A DNA stretch of 64,000 nucleotides from Lachnospiraceae bacterium (GTDB lineage Bacteria; Bacillota; Clostridia; Lachnospirales; Lachnospiraceae). The notes under the pieces were generated by a model, which was not told where the DNA came from, did no database searches, and saw only the letters and a list, made by a program, of their open reading frames with translations. Location: assembly GCA_009774175.1 (NCBI GenBank), contig VSNG01000002.1:11095-75094 (forward strand). Reading direction: 5' to 3'. This document shows positions 57,917 to 64,000 of this stretch, piece after piece. How positions within the stretch are numbered: position 1 is the first letter of the stretch; each line of letters starts with the position of its first letter. The position numbers were made by a program, and so were the translations under genes.

Positions 57917-59806
57917 CTACTCCGTCCCGGAAGCCATATGGCTTTTTCCGTAAACCGTCAGATCCGCAAGCACCGGCTCCGACCCGTCAAACAGCCTGCC
58001 GTCCTGAGTATACCAGCCTTCAAACACCCGGCCCCCATCCACATCCCCCGGATCGCCAATGGGCATGCTCTCAATGGTTTCTCCCCGGATCACGCTCACA
58101 TACATATCCTTCGTAAATTCTTCTGCAATAAAGTGAACCGTACACAGCTCCTTTTTCTCAATCCAGACTTCGTCAAGAAATTCCTTTCTGGCCGTCAGAA
58201 AATCCCGGATCCTCCAGACTTCCGCATTATAATCGAGGTCGTCCCCATATATTTCCTTCCATCGGATCCGATCCATATTTGCAGATACATAGATTTCCGA
58301 TACATACTCCTCTATTTTGCTCTCCTGAATCACCTGAAAATAATCAGAGAAAAACTCCTGGTAACACCTGGACACCGCCTGTCTGAAATCAGGATGGGTA
58401 TTCAGATACCAGAAAAGCGTGGTACTGCCGTCCCTCTGGGTCAGATAGCACAGATCCCGCGTCGTCCCGTCAATTCCGTACAATCTGCCGTAGGCCTTGT
58501 CATAATCCCACACAGGGCCGGCAAACAGGCCGGCATCCTGCGGCTTATAGAAGAAGGAGCTGGTAGCGCCGCCTCCCTTGTTCTTGCTCAGCTCCTCCAC
58601 AATATATTTCCGGGCGTAGGACTCTAGATCCAGATAGGCCGGATAGGAAAGGCCCGTATCAGGATTGACGCCGTCCGTTTGCGTGACGGCTTTCTCCATT
58701 GCGTTCATCAGACCGCTGATATAGTCTACTTCCGCCCGGGACGCATATTTCGGGCTTTTGATGGTATACTGGTCGCCAAGGAGAGTTGTCTCAAATCCGC
58801 TGACCTCCTCATTGTACTTATCCGACACATCCCGTTCCAGCAGATAACCACCCGTCAGATCCACCGGTTCTGCAGCCAGCTCTACTCCCTTTTTCATTCC
58901 CGTGTCAAAACGGGCAAGCTCTTTCATATTCTTATTGCGCTTTTTATTCTCCTCCCCCAGATCGTTTATGGGAATCCGCTCCGAATCTATCTCCACCTTT
59001 TCACATAGCTGATACATGCCGTGATACCTGTGGTTGACATAGAGGTCTATATACTGCGATTCGGGAGAGCCCTCCATCCCTGCGGCAATTCCCATCTCAT
59101 AGGTGATTTTATTGCGAATATAGGAATGGTCCTCCACATTGCTTAACAGAATCCAGTTATCCGCGCTTCCCATCCCAAACAGGTCCGTCCTGTTTTTCAG
59201 CCGGATGCCGTAGGATTTCTTCGGATAGAACCAAGTGGAATTTCCACGCCCTGAAATGCGTTCCAGCTTATCCACGCACACGATGCTCCCGCCCGCGTCA
59301 AAAAGAACGATTTTCCCTCTCTCCTCATAATCCTTGTCCGCATCCAGCATTTCCATGGAACCGCTCTGCGTCTCAAGAAACAGGGCGGGCAGATTGGCGG
59401 AATGCATAATCACCATATTGCGCCCGGCAATTCGGTTCCCGGCCCTGTCATAAAAGCTCAGCTCATAGGGTTCGTCGCATACAAGGGGCGCGATATCTTC
59501 GCCGCTTTTCAAAGAAATTTCCTCTTCTCCCCTGCGAAAGACCGCCCGGTCAGCTCCTGTAAAGGAAATTTTCACATTTCCGGCATTGGCATAGGAGGGC
59601 AGGAAGAGATAGTCCGTCTGTTCCTGTGTAAAACAGCGGATTTCCTGTTCCGGCGCGGTACTGCCGACAACGAAGCGCATACTTTCCAGACAGTCCCCGT
59701 CAGCCTGCCTTTTTTCATATGCCGCCCTTTCCCCCGCCGCTGCCGCAGCGATCATCAGTGTAAGCAATACCCCAAGTATTGCGTATCGTTTCGTCCTGTA
59801 TGTCAT
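57917..59806 (-). CDS. CotH kinase-family protein, signal-anchored, copy 1
   Basis: GRGNSTWFYPKKSYGIRLKNR, ADNWILLSNVEDHSYIRNKITY, YIDLYVNHRYHGMYQLCEK. N-terminal hydrophobic anchor AILGVLLTLMIAAAAA. C-terminal FEGWY repeat-like module. Confidence 0.85.
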   Translation of the reverse strand: MTYRTKRYAILGVLLTLMIAAAAAGERAAYEKRQADGDCLESMRFVVGSTAPEQEIRCFTQEQTDYLFLPSYANAGNVKISFTGADRAVFRRGEEEISLKSGEDIAPLVCDEPYELSFYDRAGNRIAGRNMVIMHSANLPALFLETQSGSMEMLDADKDYEERGKIVLFDAGGSIVCVDKLERISGRGNSTWFYPKKSYGIRLKNRTDLFGMGSADNWILLSNVEDHSYIRNKITYEMGIAAGMEGSPESQYIDLYVNHRYHGMYQLCEKVEIDSERIPINDLGEENKKRNKNMKELARFDTGMKKGVELAAEPVDLTGGYLLERDVSDKYNEEVSGFETTLLGDQYTIKSPKYASRAEVDYISGLMNAMEKAVTQTDGVNPDTGLSYPAYLDLESYARKYIVEELSKNKGGGATSSFFYKPQDAGLFAGPVWDYDKAYGRLYGIDGTTRDLCYLTQRDGSTTLFWYLNTHPDFRQAVSRCYQEFFSDYFQVIQESKIEEYVSEIYVSANMDRIRWKEIYGDDLDYNAEVWRIRDFLTARKEFLDEVWIEKKELCTVHFIAEEFTKDMYVSVIRGETIESMPIGDPGDVDGGRVFEGWYTQDGRLFDGSEPVLADLTVYGKSHMASGTE

Positions 59807-59829
59807 GTCCGCCTCATACTCTCCGTCAT

Positions 59830-61722
59830 CTACACTCCATGACTTTTTCCATACACGATAATATCTTCAAAAATCGGGACAGTACAGTCAAATACCTCGC
59901 CGTCCTCCGTAAACCAGCCGTCAAACATCTGGTCACCGCTCACTTTTCCCGGCTCGCTTCCCGGCAGCCTCTCAAGCGTCTCTCCCGCAGCCACACTCAC
60001 ATACCGTTCCTCGCCGGTCTCCGAAACAAAGGTCACTGTGCGCAGTTCTCCCTGCCCCGTCCAGACTTCATCCAGAAACTGTTTTCGTTCCAGCAGAAAG
60101 GTTTTGATCCGCTCCAGTTCATACGGATAATCCAGAGGGGCGCTGCCTTCCTCTTTCCATCTGATCTGATCCATAGCAATGGAAGAAAGAATCTCCTGCG
60201 CATACTCGTCCACCTTCTCCTCTGCAGCCTCCTGCATATAATCCGAGAAAAAATCCTCATAGCAGTCAGACACCGCCTCTCTGAAATCCGAATGCGCATA
60301 CAGCCTCCAGAAAAGCGTAGTGCTGTTGGTATCCCGCAGCATCAGATAGCACAAATCCCGGGACGATTCGTTAATTCCCGTCAGGCTTGCGTAGGCCTTA
60401 TCATAATCCCATACGGGGCCGGCAAACAGCTTTGTGCTGATCGCCTCCTGCGGCTTATAAAAAAAAGAACTGGTGGCCCCGGCACCATTATTTTTTGTCA
60501 GCTCTTCCAAAATATACTTCTGCACGAAGGAATGCAGATCAATATACTCCGTATAGTGCATCCCGGTATCGGGATTAATACCGTCTTCGGCAAGCAGCGC
60601 CTTTTCCATATCGTTTATGAAGGCGCTGATATAATCCACCTGAACCTCTGACGCATGGGCGGGCTCCTTTATCGTATACAGATCTCCCAGATTCCCCGAG
60701 ACAAAGCCGCTGATCTCCTCCCAGTATTTTTCCGGCACATCCCGTTCCAGAAGATACCCGCCCGTCAGATCATCCGGCTCCGTGACAAGGGCCACTCCCT
60801 TTTTTTCCTCCGTCTCAAAGCGTCCGCATTTATCAAGCTCCCCGTTAAGCCTTTTGTTCTCTCCCTCCAGATCCGCTATGGGGACTCTCTGTTCGTCGAT
60901 TTCCACCTTCTCGCAAAGCTGGTACATCCCATGATAAGTATTATTGATATACAGATCAATATACTGCGATTCCGGCGAACCCTCCATTCCCGCCGCAACG
61001 GCCATGTCGTAGGTAATTTTATTGCGGATATAGGCGGGATCTTCCACATTGCTTAACAGAATCCAGTTGTCCGCGCTTCCCATGCCGAACAGATCCGTCC
61101 TGTTTTTGAGCCGGATCCCGTAGGACTTCTTCGGATGCGCCCAGGTGGAGTTTCCCCGCCCCGAAATCCGATTAAGCCTGTCTGCGCACACCACCTTCCC
61201 CGCCGCATCAAACAGGACAATTCTGCCCTTTTCCTCATAGCTTTTATCCGCATCCAGCATTTCCATGGAGCCACTGTCCGTTTCCAGAAAAGCGGCCGGC
61301 AGATTGGCGGAATGCATAATGACCATACACTGCTCGGCCATTCTCTCGCCCTTCCTGTTGCAAAAATACATACGGTACTTCTCATGATACGCAAGGGCCC
61401 CGATGCTCTCGCCGTTTGTAAACGGCACCTCTGATTTTTCGTCGGCAAAGACAACCTGATCCGCCCCCACGAAAGAAATCCTGACATCGTCTGCCTCCGC
61501 ATAGGACGGTAAAAACAGATACTGCACATTTTCCCTCTCGTCGGTATAACAGAAAAGCTTCTGCTCCGATGAGGAATTACCGATTACAAAATAAAGGTTT
61601 CCCATATAGTTCCCGCTTGTCTGAGCCTGTCTGTATGCCGCTTTTTCCATAAGCGCCACAGTCATAGCCAGAAGAACGGGCAAAATCCACAGCAAACCGC
61701 GCCGTTTTATCCTATCCGTCAT
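59830..61722 (-). CDS. CotH kinase-family protein, signal-anchored, copy 2 (tandem paralog)
   Basis: GRGNSTWAHPKKSYGIRLKNR, ADNWILLSNVEDPAYIRNKITY. N-terminal anchor LLWILPVLLAMTVAL. C-terminal FDGWF module. The start is uncertain (ATG 61722 or 61734). Confidence 0.8.
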   Translation of the reverse strand: MTDRIKRRGLLWILPVLLAMTVALMEKAAYRQAQTSGNYMGNLYFVIGNSSSEQKLFCYTDERENVQYLFLPSYAEADDVRISFVGADQVVFADEKSEVPFTNGESIGALAYHEKYRMYFCNRKGERMAEQCMVIMHSANLPAAFLETDSGSMEMLDADKSYEEKGRIVLFDAAGKVVCADRLNRISGRGNSTWAHPKKSYGIRLKNRTDLFGMGSADNWILLSNVEDPAYIRNKITYDMAVAAGMEGSPESQYIDLYINNTYHGMYQLCEKVEIDEQRVPIADLEGENKRLNGELDKCGRFETEEKKGVALVTEPDDLTGGYLLERDVPEKYWEEISGFVSGNLGDLYTIKEPAHASEVQVDYISAFINDMEKALLAEDGINPDTGMHYTEYIDLHSFVQKYILEELTKNNGAGATSSFFYKPQEAISTKLFAGPVWDYDKAYASLTGINESSRDLCYLMLRDTNSTTLFWRLYAHSDFREAVSDCYEDFFSDYMQEAAEEKVDEYAQEILSSIAMDQIRWKEEGSAPLDYPYELERIKTFLLERKQFLDEVWTGQGELRTVTFVSETGEERYVSVAAGETLERLPGSEPGKVSGDQMFDGWFTEDGEVFDCTVPIFEDIIVYGKSHGV

Positions 61723-62083
61723 GTTCCCTGCCATCCTTTTCCAGATCCCGCACACGTTTATCCAAAATGGCAAGCTCCTGAATCAGCGTCCGAAGCTTGC
61801 GGTTTTGTCTGGAAGCAATCGAGGTCAGCGACAACAGGATCAATACAATAAAACCGATGCAGAAAAGAAACAGGCCGTTCATATTGTCCTGAATGCCGAA
61901 AAGCCGGATGGTACGCGTCAAAAGCTCCGGCACCACCACCAGGATCCCCATAACGGCTCCCGCCACCAGCCATAAAAGCGTATACTTTAAATTGAGCGCC
62001 TTCTGTTTCAAAAAATACAGGATCACTATGAAATAGCTGATCACCACAATGATCAGCGTTATGCGCAAATGACTCGGTATCAT
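61712..62083 (-). CDS. DUF2304-family small membrane protein
   Basis: 123 aa with four hydrophobic helices and a charged C-terminal tail (RKLRTLIQELAILDKRVRDLEK). ATGA overlap with the upstream GT2, which is the usual GT2+DUF2304 pairing. Confidence 0.65.
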   Translation of the reverse strand: MIPSHLRITLIIVVISYFIVILYFLKQKALNLKYTLLWLVAGAVMGILVVVPELLTRTIRLFGIQDNMNGLFLFCIGFIVLILLSLTSIASRQNRKLRTLIQELAILDKRVRDLEKDGREHDG

Positions 62084-62808
62084 TGTCTCTTCCCCCTTCT
62101 CACGCCATAGCTGAGTCTGCAGATCAGAATGGCCAGCGTCACCTTGATCATATAGTAAATGGATTTTTTAAAGGTTATGGAGCTTACGCCTCCCTCTCTG
62201 GCCCGCATCTGCACCGGAACCTCCCGCACCCGGCCAAGATGCATAATCGCCGCCACAATGGCCTCCGGCTCGGGATAGTCCATGGGATAATCCTTACTGT
62301 ATATCTCGATAAACATACGGTTCACCGCCCGAAAACCACTGGTCACATCCCTGATCCGCTTTCCCGTGGTAATCCGAATCAGGGCGCTTAAAATATTGAT
62401 ACCCGCCCTGCGGCTTGCGGAAGTCTGAAAGCCCTCCTTTTCAAGGAAACGGGAACCGATCACCACGTCCGCTTCATCTGCAAGTATCGGCTCCAGAAGG
62501 TTTTCCAGATAGGCCGCGTCATGCTGTCCGTCGCCGTCCATCTGTACGGCGATGTCATAATCATTCTTATATGCATAGATATAGCCTGCCTGCACCGCGC
62601 CGCCAATTCCCATATTAATGGAAAGATCCAGATAGCGGAAGCCCTGCCCTTCGCAGATGGCCGGCGTTTTGTCCGTGGAACCGTCGTTTACCACCAGATA
62701 GTCGCACCAGGGCGCAACACTACGCATCTGTTCCACTACCTGCACTATATTTTCCGCCTCGTTGTAGGCCGGTATGATAACCAGAATTTTTTTTCCCTTA
62801 TAATCCAT
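62080..62808 (-). CDS. GT2 glycosyltransferase (dolichyl/polyprenyl-phosphate sugar synthase-like, soluble form)
   Basis: ILVIIPAYNEAENI, VVNDGSTDKT, QMDGDGQHD. ATG 62808 has GGAG 6 nt upstream. The longer track ORF is rejected. Confidence 0.85.
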   Translation of the reverse strand: MDYKGKKILVIIPAYNEAENIVQVVEQMRSVAPWCDYLVVNDGSTDKTPAICEGQGFRYLDLSINMGIGGAVQAGYIYAYKNDYDIAVQMDGDGQHDAAYLENLLEPILADEADVVIGSRFLEKEGFQTSASRRAGINILSALIRITTGKRIRDVTSGFRAVNRMFIEIYSKDYPMDYPEPEAIVAAIMHLGRVREVPVQMRAREGGVSSITFKKSIYYMIKVTLAILICRLSYGVRRGKRQ

Positions 62809-62934
62809 AACAATCTCCATTTCGGAGCATTTATGCGATCCGTGGCCCCGCTTTGCTGACAAAAAGCCGTAAATATCAAATTTGTGATGCTCCTGCACAA
62901 ATTTGCGCCTAAGCTTCTTCGGAAGGTGAAATAA

Positions 62935-63984
62935 TCAGCGTTTCCGCCGTCTCAGAAACTCTCTCAGACGTACCCGCCACAGCTGCCGTAAAAGCAGATA
63001 AAACGCAATATAAAAAGGGCCGAAATTATATACCAGATACCGCTGCTGCCCGAAAAACACCAGCGATATGACAAGCACCGTCACCACATTCGATCCAAGC
63101 ACCAAAGCCATCATCTCCGCCCCTTCCCTGCACGCACGCACATCCGCGTATCCCCAGATCATCAGGGACAGCGCCGCCAGATACAGAAAAGCCGTCACCA
63201 GATGACAGAAGCCGTAAAGCGGCGCAAACTGGAAAAATACCGTACTGATAAAGGCCTGCGGCAGAAGCATCAGCGTATGATATAAAAACCGCCCGAAATG
63301 CGCTCTGATCAGCGTAAACCCTATGGTCCGCAGATGAGAAGACCTGATTTCACTGAACTGATCCGATCTGATCACTTCCGGGGCACACTCCACATAATAT
63401 TCGGAAGGCGTAAAAAGGCAGGTTCCGCCTATTTTTCCAATTCCCCCTACAATATCTTTCCACATCCACAGCCCTTCGCGGGCATAGGCATACCGTTCCT
63501 GCTCCCGGTCTGTCTCTTCATAAAGCGCAAGAAACAGCCCCTTTACCACCGGGTCCTGAAAAAGCGCCGCATCCTCATAATCCGCCTCATACATGCCTCT
63601 GGAAAAAATCAGGGTCATATACTGGCTGGTGGTAAAGCTCTTATCCACCAGCGCCTCCTCTGTTTCTGCAGCGGAAAGTGCCTCCTCATTGACCGTCTCG
63701 GCCTGTCCCTCTGACTCCGCCGCCTGCGCATCCAATTCCGTCCCCGCGGCCTCCTGCGCCGCGGCTTTCTGTCTGTCTTCCTCCAAGGCGATCTGGTACA
63801 CCTCCGGCCACTGTACTTTCAGGCCGAACCTGTTAAAAGGATGCTCCGGCCCCAGCATCACGCGGTATCCCCTGATAAGGCCAAGCACCAGAACAACCCC
63901 CGCCAGACTGACAGCCATACACCCAAGAAGCCCCGCCGCGGCGCGTATGATCTTGCGTCCTTTTCCCGCCGTCTTTTTCCCCAT
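62935..63984 (-). CDS. hypothetical membrane protein with an acidic low-complexity linker
   Basis: N-terminal anchor AAAGLLGCMAVSLAGVVLVLGLI. Ala/Glu/Gln-rich segment (QKAAAQEAAGTELDAQAAESEGQAETVNEEALSAAETEEAL). Hydrophobic helices at the C-terminus. No recognised family. Confidence 0.45.
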   Translation of the reverse strand: MGKKTAGKGRKIIRAAAGLLGCMAVSLAGVVLVLGLIRGYRVMLGPEHPFNRFGLKVQWPEVYQIALEEDRQKAAAQEAAGTELDAQAAESEGQAETVNEEALSAAETEEALVDKSFTTSQYMTLIFSRGMYEADYEDAALFQDPVVKGLFLALYEETDREQERYAYAREGLWMWKDIVGGIGKIGGTCLFTPSEYYVECAPEVIRSDQFSEIRSSHLRTIGFTLIRAHFGRFLYHTLMLLPQAFISTVFFQFAPLYGFCHLVTAFLYLAALSLMIWGYADVRACREGAEMMALVLGSNVVTVLVISLVFFGQQRYLVYNFGPFYIAFYLLLRQLWRVRLREFLRRRKR

Positions 63985-64000
63985 ACAGACCAGATAGAAA

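Noticed and set aside
57842-60651. Plus-strand ORFs 57842..58627, 59402..59842 and 59779..60651 opposite the CotH genes
   Set aside because: They are antisense to strongly supported CotH paralogs. The two largest are similar to each other only because the sense genes are duplicated.
1-64000. Search for mobile elements, CRISPR arrays, tRNA/rRNA genes, toxin-antitoxin or defence systems
   Set aside because: No transposase, integrase or recombinase motifs appear in any frame. There are no direct-repeat/spacer arrays. No gap is long enough (all are about 100 bp or less) to hold an RNA gene or small operon. Every sizeable ORF is explained by glycan biosynthesis.

Overview
All supported genes in this 64-kb window lie on the minus strand. 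Together they form one very large cell-surface glycan biosynthesis locus, with gaps of 105 bp or less and several ATGA/GTGA stop-start overlaps. AGGAGG-type ribosome-binding sites, TTG/GTG starts, and YfhO, CotH and DUF2304 proteins suggest a Gram-positive, Clostridia-like host; this is inference.

I support about 52 CDS:
- about 20 glycosyltransferases (GT4, GT2, GT11, GNT-I-like GT-A, one GT-D-like);
- three polyprenyl-phosphate-type GT2 enzymes;
- five large polytopic GT-C-like membrane proteins, one clearly of the YfhO family;
- two MsbA/PglK-like ABC half-transporters;
- a legionaminic-acid-type nonulosonic acid cassette (LegB-like dehydratase, NeuC, NeuB, NeuD/PglD-type acetyltransferase, CBS-nucleotidyltransferase, DegT aminotransferases, CMP-sugar synthetase), interrupted by a ThDP-dependent acetolactate-synthase-like enzyme;
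- a KdsC-type phosphatase plus an HMGL-like aldolase fusion protein;
- two AsnB-type amidotransferases;
- WecB;
- an MBOAT/DltD-like O-acylation pair;
- two tandem CotH kinase-family paralogs.

I saw no rRNA, tRNA, CRISPR array, transposase or integrase.

Most interesting observations:
1. Two identical 16-nt elements, each holding a G10 homopolymer, sit inside coding sequence. One splits the YfhO-family gene into two frames, and losing a single G restores one ORF of roughly 865-890 codons. The other is in frame near the start of the last, partial gene. This looks like a slipped-strand phase-variation switch on glycan decoration.
2. A 126-codon in-frame relic fuses the N-terminus of an N-acetyl-sugar amidotransferase (WbuX/WbpG type) to the C-terminus of a HisF-like cyclase, exactly at a shared SGG tripeptide.
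3. The nonulosonic acid cassette carries unusual extra enzymes.
4. No Wzx, Wzy, Wzz or initiating phosphoglycosyltransferase is visible, despite the size of the locus.

All long plus-strand ORFs in the track appear to be antisense shadow ORFs.
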